Source of the DNA: Clostridiales bacterium
GTDB taxonomy: Bacteria; Bacillota; Clostridia; Oscillospirales; CAG-272
Length of the DNA stretch: 64,000 nucleotides
Reading direction: 5' to 3'
NCBI GenBank assembly: GCA_012522015.1
Contig: JAAYLD010000032.1
Location: 8,520-72,519, forward strand
Shown: positions 20,601-28,956 of the stretch, piece by piece
Layout: every line of letters begins with the position of its first letter
Numbering within the stretch: the stretch's first letter is position 1
Program-made: the position numbers and the translations under genes
Notes under the pieces: generated by a model
What the model saw: only the letters and a program-made list of their open reading frames with translations
The model's database searches: none
What the model was told of the DNA's origin: nothing

Positions 20601-21412
20601 CGGAAGAGAGCCGGCGCTTCATCTGTACCTTCGTACTCGGTGATAGCATGGTCTTCGTCGAGCATCTCATACGTATATTCTGGAGCATATGTCTTAATAG
20701 TGTTCTCACAATAATTAAGCTCGTTTTGAGTAACGGCCGAGTCTAATATATAAACCGACATTTTTGTCGTGATAGGATATTTCGCGTTCATCGCAGCAAT
20801 GGCGCGTTCAGATAGCTCAGGGTCTTTTGGATCCATTAACACATAGTGGTATTTAAGCTTTTTTTTGTTAAACTCGCTTGTTATTTTGCTGAGAATAATG
20901 TTCTCAAAGCGCTCCTTCTGAATCATTCTCGGAACGAGGCGTCTTACGTCCTCGCGCCCCATACTATACTCTACGCGGACACCATTTTTAATATCCTTAA
21001 CAACAATTTGGTTGCGGAGCGAAGCTTCTTCATAGCTATACATCCATTTTGTTGTTCCGTCTTTGTCCTGATATTCAACAAAAATCTGCGAAAGGATCCT
21101 ATAACGGATATTGTCTGAGTTCGCCGCGGTAATTGAACCGATATCGTAAGGGTTCGTGAAAAGAACCTGTCCTGTCGAATTCTTGACTATTGCAACTTCT
21201 CCTGTGTATTCTTCGACGTAAATCGAATAGCCGTTCTGAGTCTTATGCAGCACCATATCGTTTAGTTTATCCTGCTCAGACTCGTATTCGTACGTCATGT
21301 AGTCGACAGCGGCAACCGCTGCAGACACCCTATCAGTCGTATATATTCCAAAGGTGCCTACTACCATGAGGAAAGCCAGGAGACCTGATATGAATCTTAC
21401 ATGTTTCTTCAT
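17669..21412 (-). CDS. 1247-aa secreted or anchored multidomain protein of unknown function (from memory resembles the DUF5696 family)
   Basis: N-terminal signal/anchor (LLAFLMVVGTFGIY...VSA). Conserved-looking core (FMPDGSGALFS, MPVFGA, YLAIITEGDSLASI, YIEVLGS...NFRLRGFANGG, FPDFDFAYA). An acidic tandem-repeat insertion of about 85 aa. An Ala/Glu/Lys-rich helical region of about 230 aa. A small C-terminal beta domain. Confidence 0.6.
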   Translation of the reverse strand: MKKHVRFISGLLAFLMVVGTFGIYTTDRVSAAVAAVDYMTYEYESEQDKLNDMVLHKTQNGYSIYVEEYTGEVAIVKNSTGQVLFTNPYDIGSITAANSDNIRYRILSQIFVEYQDKDGTTKWMYSYEEASLRNQIVVKDIKNGVRVEYSMGREDVRRLVPRMIQKERFENIILSKITSEFNKKKLKYHYVLMDPKDPELSERAIAAMNAKYPITTKMSVYILDSAVTQNELNYCENTIKTYAPEYTYEMLDEDHAITEYEGTDEAPALFRMALEYTLDDDGVTVRLAANGIEYDETTYKLLSVSILPYMGCISSENPGYTFMPDGSGALFSAMDLRRVSWNRVGSLHGPDFAYQSISGAHQEILTMPVFGAVTQVRDYRIIENTDNTESETETDETAETDETAETAEIAETAEIAETDEITETDEIDEIDETDETDENGEPVEPEEPKPPVIYEAYTRSKGYLAIITEGDSLASIRYENGGTLNKYAAIYASFIPRPSDEYNLAQSISVASDVTWRVESPRKYVDSYRIRYIMLDDKDVAASAGVTDYYEATYFGMAKAYRDYLEKNGYITRLTENDVKEDMPLYIEVLGSMETKDRILSIPVTVDTPLTTFEDIITMHKELSEAGVSNINFRLRGFANGGLSDKYVPYRLKWEKSVGGSDGFKDLLAYAKEKGIGIFPDFDFAYAANNKSFDGFSYKKHAVKTIDDRYASKRYYNATSQSFVRYFEIAISPSVFDKFYTKFRTYYLDYEPIGISVATLGSDLNADFDEDDPFNREDSKKFTIALLKDISEDYGNVMVDVGNAYTYKYVNHILNARLNSSRFFNETYSIPFVGLVLHGYINIAGNPINEEGDISNAVLKAIENGASLYFILAYRNISELKKDEILSGYYSVRYDIWFDDIVKYYSIVNDAVGDLQTALITGHEFLIGERIPDEDEIIADQIEAAERAAAEEEAKRIAEEKARRAQALAERKAAEALAREIASAPQDTALLADETEGLLAAVEEQIEIALGLVSEVTSLKRALDDAIAARDAAQAAADAAAAALAEAPNDEDAKAADEAAKAALEEAELAVTDAQAELESAVSNMKIAITAAIKSADDAEANKETAKRKTEITDDASVAASAARVNTYADSAIEKTKSALATVNEVLLNAGYEEVQHIEEEPSEEPSEGEDGNSPNVPSVPGWPRRDDEDEEEGYKRTKYTVDDGSIVLVTYETGKKFILNYNTFDVTVVLDGTTYTVTAHNFVTIK
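20098..20243 (-). repeat. About 15-16 tandem 9-nt coding repeats (units TTCATCAGT / TTCAGCAGT / TTCAGCAAT / TTCATCAAT on the plus strand)
   Basis: The periodicity is directly visible. It encodes (T/I)(D/A/T)E triplets: ...TDETAETDETAETAEIAETAEIAETDEITETDEIDEIDETDETDE... Confidence 0.95.
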
Positions 21413-21443
21413 GCTTTTAAACCGTCCTTCCTTTCTTCCCTCA

Positions 21444-23576
21444 TTATGCTCTATATGTCAGCTCAACGATGATGCTTGAGATGAAGCTCACCATCTGAGC
21501 GACAAGTGTTGAAAACAGTACAGATACGAATATTACGAACGCCATACCAACGATGGTTCCCAGAGATGTCGTTACATTCTTTAACAGTGAATAATCGTGT
21601 GTAACCATCATTCCGAAGAAGATTAGTAAACCCATCCAGAAGAACGCCATGCTCACAAGAAGCGTAATTAACTGTCCCTCATTTTGAGCAAGCATGTTGC
21701 TTAATATAACGGAGGGGATTACAAGCATCGGAATCGGTAACAAGCTATAAGATGTTGCAATGAATATATCTTTAAAGCTTCCTTCGCCATCGAAAAGCGT
21801 CGTCAGACACCAGTTTGCCACGACCCAAAGAAGCAGCGGCACGACAACTGATGCTATCTGAGCGAAAATGTTCATATAGGATTCCGTCGGGTTAAAGATA
21901 TACCCTGTACCTACTGATTGATAGTAGAAGGTAAAGACCGTAACGACTATATATATGATACTCGCTCTGACGCTTCCGCGATATTCGTGCTTGAGATCCC
22001 AGAATCCGTCAAATGGATGGAAGATCAAATGGAAACCGTATAACAGCTCCTCCTTCAGACTCTTGCGACCGACTCTAAGCTGTGCAGCCTTATTAACGCG
22101 CGCCGCATATTTGAAGAACTTCGTAATAAGAACACATATTACGACGACAATTATTGGAATTGTCCATATCCACTTTGACACCCATTCCTTACGAACCTCA
22201 CGGAACGCATCAGAATACGAGGCTGCGTTATATGCGAACTTGTAATACTCCATCGCTTCCTTATACTTAGCATCGCGCTTAAGTGCATCACCAATGCCGA
22301 TGTAAGCAGCATCGAAGTTGCTGTTGCGCTGGAGTATGTCCATCCAGCCTGATACCGCCATATCATAACGGCGTTGATTCTGGTGAGCTAATGCTTCTAT
22401 CAGAAGGTTGCCGTATTCAGTCCTCTTATAAACGGTGAAGCAGTCCTTAGATTTGTCAAGTAATAGTATATCGTCGCCTTTGTATGTGATTGCTTCAATA
22501 TTATATATATTACCAAGTTGCTCGCCAGTGTCGCCAAAAGCGAAGAGAAGGTTGCCGTATTTGTCATACGTAAAGACTTTGCTACGTTTTTCGTCGATTA
22601 TCGACCATGTACCTTCCGGACCGACGGCAACATCAATAATTTTTGACGGACCGCTTATTGCACCAGCTCTTGAACTGAAGCTGAAATTTATCTCACCGGA
22701 CGGCGGCCAAAAACCGTTTCTGCTCATGATATCGGCGCCGGAAGCATTCAGCTTTTTAACCGGTGCATAGTCACCCGATTTTGAGCGCGAGTTTATAGCC
22801 GATGCAACTGAGTTTTCATCAATCGATGATGTCGTAACGTAAATAAATCCGTCTTTATCAATCGTTATATTATTAAACTCAGTTGACACGTATTCCTGCT
22901 GAGATTCTCTCTGCTCTTTTGTTTGCAGTCTTCTCCAGATGATTTCCATCGGGCTGATGACAACCTTCTGAGCACCAATAAATCCGGAGAATTTTGCATT
23001 ATCATCCATGACGATGATACCTTGATATGTCGTGGATGACACAACAAACAATCTGTTATACTGGTCAACAGCAACGGCTACCGGTTTATACACAGCAGCT
23101 TCTGTGAAAAGCGGGGATACAGGTTTCGGAATTATCTTATAATAATTCCCGTCGCGATCGAACATTACTATGCGGTTGTTATTGGTATCACAAACATAAA
23201 TGTATTTATCACTAATGAACACGCCCGATGGGCTATTAAAACTGTCCCAAACGCCATGTTCATTAAGGAATCTACTTATCTCAAACTTATACTTGTAATA
23301 CCGATCCATAACGATGACACGGTTATTTGCCCCGTCAACAAGATATACATTCCCTTGGTCGTCGACGGTCAAATCGCGCGGGTCATCAAAAGGATAGATA
23401 AGTCCGATATAATCTGAATCGATTATCTTATCGGGAACATAAGCATCGGGCGAAAGAAGTGCAAATCCGTCAGCAGAATACGTATATGTCGCATATGAGC
23501 TGAAAGCGGAAGCGCTTGTTGCAAGTATAGACACCAGAATAAATAGTGTAAGGAAGGAAAGAATTCGCTTTTTCAT
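21444..23576 (-). CDS. Secreted NHL-repeat beta-propeller fused to a TPR-like segment and a C-terminal multi-pass Yip1-like membrane domain
   Basis: Signal peptide ...ATSASA. Repeated NHL-type blades (DDQGNVYLVDGANNRVIVMD, KYIYVCDTNNNRIVMFDRDGN, DQYNRLFVVSS, DKDGFIYVT, DKYGNLLFAFG). A TPR-like stretch YKEAMEYYKFAYN. Then about 6 hydrophobic helices in the last ~230 aa. Confidence 0.6.
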   Translation of the reverse strand: MKKRILSFLTLFILVSILATSASAFSSYATYTYSADGFALLSPDAYVPDKIIDSDYIGLIYPFDDPRDLTVDDQGNVYLVDGANNRVIVMDRYYKYKFEISRFLNEHGVWDSFNSPSGVFISDKYIYVCDTNNNRIVMFDRDGNYYKIIPKPVSPLFTEAAVYKPVAVAVDQYNRLFVVSSTTYQGIIVMDDNAKFSGFIGAQKVVISPMEIIWRRLQTKEQRESQQEYVSTEFNNITIDKDGFIYVTTSSIDENSVASAINSRSKSGDYAPVKKLNASGADIMSRNGFWPPSGEINFSFSSRAGAISGPSKIIDVAVGPEGTWSIIDEKRSKVFTYDKYGNLLFAFGDTGEQLGNIYNIEAITYKGDDILLLDKSKDCFTVYKRTEYGNLLIEALAHQNQRRYDMAVSGWMDILQRNSNFDAAYIGIGDALKRDAKYKEAMEYYKFAYNAASYSDAFREVRKEWVSKWIWTIPIIVVVICVLITKFFKYAARVNKAAQLRVGRKSLKEELLYGFHLIFHPFDGFWDLKHEYRGSVRASIIYIVVTVFTFYYQSVGTGYIFNPTESYMNIFAQIASVVVPLLLWVVANWCLTTLFDGEGSFKDIFIATSYSLLPIPMLVIPSVILSNMLAQNEGQLITLLVSMAFFWMGLLIFFGMMVTHDYSLLKNVTTSLGTIVGMAFVIFVSVLFSTLVAQMVSFISSIIVELTYRA

Positions 23577-23589
23577 TTTTTCTTCCCCC

Positions 23590-24465
23590 TTAGTCTTTCA
23601 TACCGCTTGTTCCCATTGTTTCGATGATATTGCTCTGCGAAACAACGAAAACAATGATCGGAACTGCCATCATGATAACTGTAGCGGCTGCTGAAGCACC
23701 TGCACGAGCGATACCGCCTGCTGTTATCTGTGAAATAGCGTAGTTAAGTGTCTTTAGCTGCTCTGACTGAATGTAAATTGATGCGCCAGCGTTCCAAAGT
23801 CCGTTAAAGCTGTAGATAATAAGCGTCAGCCAAGCAGGCTTAACCATTGGCATTGCTATTGCCCAGAACGAGTAGAACTCCGACGCGCCATCAAGTCGAG
23901 CGCTTTCAAGAATTTCGTCTGTTACGTTTGATTCCATAAATTGCTTCATCAAATATAAGCCAAGGTTATATGCAAAGGCCGGAACGATGATGGCATAGTA
24001 TGTGTCAACCCAGCCGAGAAGGCTCATTATAATAAAGGAAGCAATCGCACCGACAGTCGCTGTAAACATAAGCGACTTAACAATTATGTTAAACATAAAT
24101 TCACGGCCGGGGAATTTAATCTTCGCAAGTGCGTAAGCTGCCATTGAGCAGAAGATAAGACTTCCGAATGTACCCGAAATAGAGATGAAAACAGTATTAA
24201 ATATATAACGGGAAAACGGAACCCACGAGTCAGACATTAAGGAGAAAAGATCCCTGAAATTTTTAAGCGTAGGATTTACGACGTAAAAACGCGGAGGGAA
24301 CATCCATAACTCGTCAAGCGGCTTAAGCGCTTGCATTAAGACATATAACATCGGCAGGAACATGAACACGCCCATGATCGAAAGGAACACAGTTATTCCA
24401 ATGTCGCCCCCGACCGAGCGGTTCAGTACGACGGCGTGTTTTCTTGTTCTAAGTTTCTTCGCCAT
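23590..24465 (-). CDS. Carbohydrate (CUT1-type) ABC transporter permease, first pair, MalG-like
   Basis: EAA loop ILESARLDGASEFYSFWAIAMPMVKPA. Confidence 0.85.
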   Translation of the reverse strand: MAKKLRTRKHAVVLNRSVGGDIGITVFLSIMGVFMFLPMLYVLMQALKPLDELWMFPPRFYVVNPTLKNFRDLFSLMSDSWVPFSRYIFNTVFISISGTFGSLIFCSMAAYALAKIKFPGREFMFNIIVKSLMFTATVGAIASFIIMSLLGWVDTYYAIIVPAFAYNLGLYLMKQFMESNVTDEILESARLDGASEFYSFWAIAMPMVKPAWLTLIIYSFNGLWNAGASIYIQSEQLKTLNYAISQITAGGIARAGASAAATVIMMAVPIIVFVVSQSNIIETMGTSGMKD

Positions 24466-24466
24466 A

Positions 24467-25429
24467 TCACTGACCTACCTTTGCTAACATTTTTTGTATC
24501 AATAAGTTTGCTCCCATCATCATTGCGAATAGCACAACAGAAATTGCCGAGGAGTATCCCACCTCCCAACGTTGCCCGCCGTAGTCTTCAAGATGGTGCG
24601 TTATAGTCCAAGCAGCGTATTCAACTGATGGGAAACCAGCAAGAGCCGTAACGACACCTCCGAATCCAAAGGAACCTGTTATAGCCAAAACAGCACCGAA
24701 CAGTAGCTGCGGCTTCATTGTCGGAAGCGTTACATACCAAAGCTCCTGCCAGCGGTTCCTGATACCGTCAACAGCCGCTGCCTCATAATATGCCTTTGGT
24801 ATGCCCTGAAGTCCAGCGATGAATGAAAGGAACGCTGTACCGAGAGACGTCCAAAGAGCAACTATGATACATAGAATCATAACGTATCTTTTATCATAGA
24901 ACCAAAGAACTGGATTGTCTATGACGCCAAGATTGAGCAGGAAACCGTTTACCCAACCATAGGCATCGTTTGAGAAAAGCGTACCCCAAATTAAGTACAC
25001 GCTACCCGAAATAGACGGGGCGTAGAAAATAAGTGTAACAAACGCTCTTACTTTCGGCGTCAGCTCGTTTATGAACCATGCGATAAAAAGAGACATAAGG
25101 TAAGATGTAGGTCCGGTAACCGCCGCGAATATCAAAGTATTCTTAACGGCCAAGATAAATATATCGTCGTCAAGAAACAGACGTATATAGTTATCAAGGA
25201 AGATAAACTTCGGCCACTGTAACATGTTAAATGACGTAAAGCTCAAGAAAATCGACATAACAACCGGAACAACTGTGAACATGAGAAAGAGGATCATAAA
25301 CGGAGCAACCATAAAATAGGCTACTTTATTCCTCTTCATTTCATGCCATGTCCATTGAGCCTTCGTCATGTCCTTCCGTGAAACTGCGTGCTGCTCGGCA
25401 GGCACAACGTTTTTCTTTGACATGAGCAA
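24467..25429 (-). CDS. Carbohydrate (CUT1-type) ABC transporter permease, first pair, MalF-like
   Basis: EAA loop YYEAAAVDGIRNRWQELWYVTLPTMKPQ. It lies 1 nt from the next gene. Confidence 0.85.
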   Translation of the reverse strand: MLMSKKNVVPAEQHAVSRKDMTKAQWTWHEMKRNKVAYFMVAPFMILFLMFTVVPVVMSIFLSFTSFNMLQWPKFIFLDNYIRLFLDDDIFILAVKNTLIFAAVTGPTSYLMSLFIAWFINELTPKVRAFVTLIFYAPSISGSVYLIWGTLFSNDAYGWVNGFLLNLGVIDNPVLWFYDKRYVMILCIIVALWTSLGTAFLSFIAGLQGIPKAYYEAAAVDGIRNRWQELWYVTLPTMKPQLLFGAVLAITGSFGFGGVVTALAGFPSVEYAAWTITHHLEDYGGQRWEVGYSSAISVVLFAMMMGANLLIQKMLAKVGQ

Positions 25430-25480
25430 CTTCTCCTTAATTAGATTATCTTATCGCAAATGCCGTTTTACTACGACAAT

Positions 25481-28400
25481 TTATTCGATATAACTGTAAA
25501 GTGCTGTAGCAGACTCCTTCATATATCCTGCGGCCTCGCCAAACAGTTCAGAATTAGCTTTGACAAGCTCATCCGCTGCAGCAATCAAAGCATCGAACTG
25601 CTCAGTTGTTGCGTCACCCGAAAGCGCTGCGTCAATTGCCGCTTTTGCAGCTGATACCTTATCAGCATACTTGCTCGCTTCATCACCTTTAAGCTTATTT
25701 AATATTGCAAGTGCCTGATCTGCGCGCTTTTCTGCTAATGTCTGTCCTATCTCAAGCGTCTCAAGGTTGAACTCCTCGCGCTTACGGCTGATTTCCTTAT
25801 TAATTGCATTAATATAGCCTAACAGCGCCTCAGAAGGAGAAGCTTTTTCGTTATATGCACTAAGGAATGCGAAGTTCGTGTAACGGCCTATGATATAGCT
25901 GCCCGGATAGTTTGGAACTGCTGTCAGGGCGTCGAACTGCGCTCTTAAACTCTTATACTCGAATGATGACCACGGAAGCTCTTCAAGCGCCGCGATGTTC
26001 GCAGTCGGGTTCATTCCGGCTTCTCCTAAAAGCGCAACTAACTCATTACAGTAGTCGGCCTGGAATTCACTGTCTGTATACCAGTCAATAAATCTCCATG
26101 CTCCCTCCGGGTTGTCTGTACCGGTAAGCATTACGACACCCGCTACTGAAGATACAGCCGTGTTGTTTATTGTTCCATCGTCCTGCAACATACCGGGTAT
26201 CGTGGTGAAATCCCACAAACCTGCAATTTCAGTCGCAAAGATGACGAGCTGGTTATACGATGTGTATGGTGAAATTGCTATCGGTATTTCACCCGTTCTG
26301 AAGCGGTTTGCAAAGTCATATGTATACGGCAGCGAATACATCGTAAACATATTACACATCATCTCAAACGCCTCGAGCGCAGTGTTCGAGTCGAGATTGA
26401 CGCGCATACCATTGTCTGCGTAAAGCTCGCCGCCCATCTGATACAGGTACGTCAGATAGTCCGTAGTAAGACCAATGTCCATTTTGTTATACTGAAGCAC
26501 CGGTATCATAGCAAGAAGATCTTCCCACGTCTTCGGAACCTCAAGCCCTAAGTCCGCAAGTATATCCTTACGGTAGAAGAGCATCGGGAACGTCTGTGTT
26601 TCCGGTATTGCGTATGTTTCGCCATAAAGTGTAAGCGGTATCGTTGCAGCAGGAGAGAATCTTGACAGAACTTCATCAAATGTATCAAAGTCGTTCAGCT
26701 TTATAAGTGCTCCACGTATCGCATAGTTGATGACGTCACCGTCGCCCATGAAAAGCGATACATCGGGGCCAACTCCCGCAAGAACCGAGGGCAGGAGAGT
26801 ACCGCCGGCAACAAGCTTAAGGTTGACGGCTATGCCCGACTTCGGAGAGAATTTATTATCTATTAAGTTACGTATAATCTGAGCCTGGTCACGACCGGTG
26901 GTAACCCACACGTCTACGGAGTCCGTTCTGTCGATTTCAACAGTCGAACCAAGCGAGTTGTAATCGGTGAAGAAGCTTCCGATGAACTGACGGATCTCAT
27001 ACCAAATGGACTGTAAGAAACCTGCCTCTGCCTTCGGAAGCGGAGCAGACACGGGCTGAATATATATCGTGTCGATTTCAAGCGGCTGCTTTGTAACTGT
27101 ATTTATCCACGTACCAAGAGTACCAATATTAGACTTAAGGAGAGAAAGGTTTTTAGCTATCTCATCTTCATCAGATCCCATTTTTTCAACGAGACGTTGA
27201 ATCTGAAGAAGCGACGCCGTATTTGAACCTGTAACTCCGTTCATGCTCTTGAGCTGTTCAATTACACGCTCAAGATTATTGCCTTCCCTGACAAGCGACC
27301 TGATTGTATCAGGCATAACACGGCTGAAACCATAGTCACGGTATTTATCAGGGTTTGTACCAGTAAGCTTCAATATATGAAGGTAGGCGTTGTTGATTAC
27401 ATCAAGCGTTTCTGAAACCTGTCCTACTATCGTACCGAGCTCACCAAGAGATACTTCAAGCTCAATCGTGTGAGTTCCGGGAGTAAAGTAGAACTGATAC
27501 CCTATACCGCCTCCGTCGTCGTCACCAAGAGCTTTTGACTGCCAATCTGTGCTGTAATCAAAGCGCAGGGCGTTTGCTTCTTCAAACGGAACTTTACCGT
27601 CAACTCTCAGACGGCGAGATACATAAATTCCGTTTAGCTCGGACTGTTTAAAGCGGACAGCTATCTGATAAAGCCCTTCTTTTTCAACATCAAACTCGTA
27701 CCTAATCCAATAACCAGCGTTCTGCCACTTATTGGAGCCAATGGTATTGAGCTTTATATGCGTCGGATGCTGAGGAACGGTAATAGCGGAAGTTCTATCG
27801 TATATTGGATATATTGTCTCATGAGATGTGTTTGTCGTAATTTCGGCTCTTATCTTTATCGGTTCAGCATCAGCCTCTTTGTATCCAGCTTTAACGTATT
27901 CAGCTTCAACTTCGGCATATGTCGGAAGATCCTGATACGGATAAAGGCGTATGTACTTAATAACAACTGGCTCACGAACACATTCAAGAGCTATTGTGTT
28001 CTCACCCTCTTCGAAGTAAAACTCGAATGGGTTCGAGTAATAACCGTTAGCATCTATAAATGAATAGGTTCTCCATTCGGGATCGATTTCTGCTACTGGG
28101 CGAATGTCGTTACCATTTATATCAACGTTAAACGTATAATTACCTTCATCGTCGACAGGGTAAAGATTTTTCCATACTTTTGTCATGGCAAGGTAGCGCG
28201 CTTCAGCAAAAGGAACCTTGCCGTTTATGTAGAACATACGCTCAATTGAGTTTGTCGTACTACCAACGGGATAATACTGTATCTCAATAGCATAAAGCCC
28301 GGTTTCCGGAACATTGATCGGCCAGACGACTGTTCCAGAATCCGATATATAAAGGGCGTCCCCCTCCATGCCTTCATAATCTTTGTAAACGTCAACTTTA

Positions 28401-28681
28401 GCCGTCGTCTTCTCAGCGTCGTAATTAACCGCCTCAATTATAACCTCTTTTGTAGCGCGGACGGCGTCTTTGTGTTGCGCGCGATACTTTACATATGAAA
28501 TCGCATTAAGCGCCTCGCTTATTTCAGCAAGTGTTTTCTTTTCCGTTGTTTCTTCGTTTTTACTCGTGTTAGAATCAGCGGCATCTGCTGCTACAACAGG
28601 CACAACAGCAGCAGCCGTTCCCGTTATTATCAGTACGGCTAAAATAAACGCTATAAGCTTATTAAGCTTCGTTCCCACCAT
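25481..28681 (-). CDS. 1066-aa extracellular solute-binding protein with an N-terminal extension holding two related beta-sandwich-like modules
   Basis: Signal/anchor LIAFILAVLIITGTAAAVV. Two similar modules (..GLYAIEIQYYPVG...RMFYINGKVPFAEA.. and ..GLYQIAVRFKQSE...RRLRVDGKVPFEEA..). SBP family-1-like core (VDVWVTTGRDQAQIIRNLIDNKF...). A helical C-terminal tail. SD is GGAGGG. Confidence 0.7.
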   Translation of the reverse strand: MVGTKLNKLIAFILAVLIITGTAAAVVPVVAADAADSNTSKNEETTEKKTLAEISEALNAISYVKYRAQHKDAVRATKEVIIEAVNYDAEKTTAKVDVYKDYEGMEGDALYISDSGTVVWPINVPETGLYAIEIQYYPVGSTTNSIERMFYINGKVPFAEARYLAMTKVWKNLYPVDDEGNYTFNVDINGNDIRPVAEIDPEWRTYSFIDANGYYSNPFEFYFEEGENTIALECVREPVVIKYIRLYPYQDLPTYAEVEAEYVKAGYKEADAEPIKIRAEITTNTSHETIYPIYDRTSAITVPQHPTHIKLNTIGSNKWQNAGYWIRYEFDVEKEGLYQIAVRFKQSELNGIYVSRRLRVDGKVPFEEANALRFDYSTDWQSKALGDDDGGGIGYQFYFTPGTHTIELEVSLGELGTIVGQVSETLDVINNAYLHILKLTGTNPDKYRDYGFSRVMPDTIRSLVREGNNLERVIEQLKSMNGVTGSNTASLLQIQRLVEKMGSDEDEIAKNLSLLKSNIGTLGTWINTVTKQPLEIDTIYIQPVSAPLPKAEAGFLQSIWYEIRQFIGSFFTDYNSLGSTVEIDRTDSVDVWVTTGRDQAQIIRNLIDNKFSPKSGIAVNLKLVAGGTLLPSVLAGVGPDVSLFMGDGDVINYAIRGALIKLNDFDTFDEVLSRFSPAATIPLTLYGETYAIPETQTFPMLFYRKDILADLGLEVPKTWEDLLAMIPVLQYNKMDIGLTTDYLTYLYQMGGELYADNGMRVNLDSNTALEAFEMMCNMFTMYSLPYTYDFANRFRTGEIPIAISPYTSYNQLVIFATEIAGLWDFTTIPGMLQDDGTINNTAVSSVAGVVMLTGTDNPEGAWRFIDWYTDSEFQADYCNELVALLGEAGMNPTANIAALEELPWSSFEYKSLRAQFDALTAVPNYPGSYIIGRYTNFAFLSAYNEKASPSEALLGYINAINKEISRKREEFNLETLEIGQTLAEKRADQALAILNKLKGDEASKYADKVSAAKAAIDAALSGDATTEQFDALIAAADELVKANSELFGEAAGYMKESATALYSYIE

Positions 28682-28956
28682 AGAACCTTTTCCCTCCTGA
28701 GATATTACGGCGCGTCATCTTCCAGTCGTGGTTCACTGGCAATAGATTAAATCTATACGCCGTTTAAAAAAGATCTTCCGCTCACCGCGCACCGATTCGT
28801 CGCCAAAAAAATATAAGTTATTCGGCAAAAAGTATCCGGAGCGCAGTTACGGCGCAAACGGCTTCTCTCCGCGCGATAAACACGCGGGGCAACCACTCTG
28901 CGCCTTTTACGAGTCATAATACGTTTTATGTATAATGTCTCATTTTCGATAAAACA

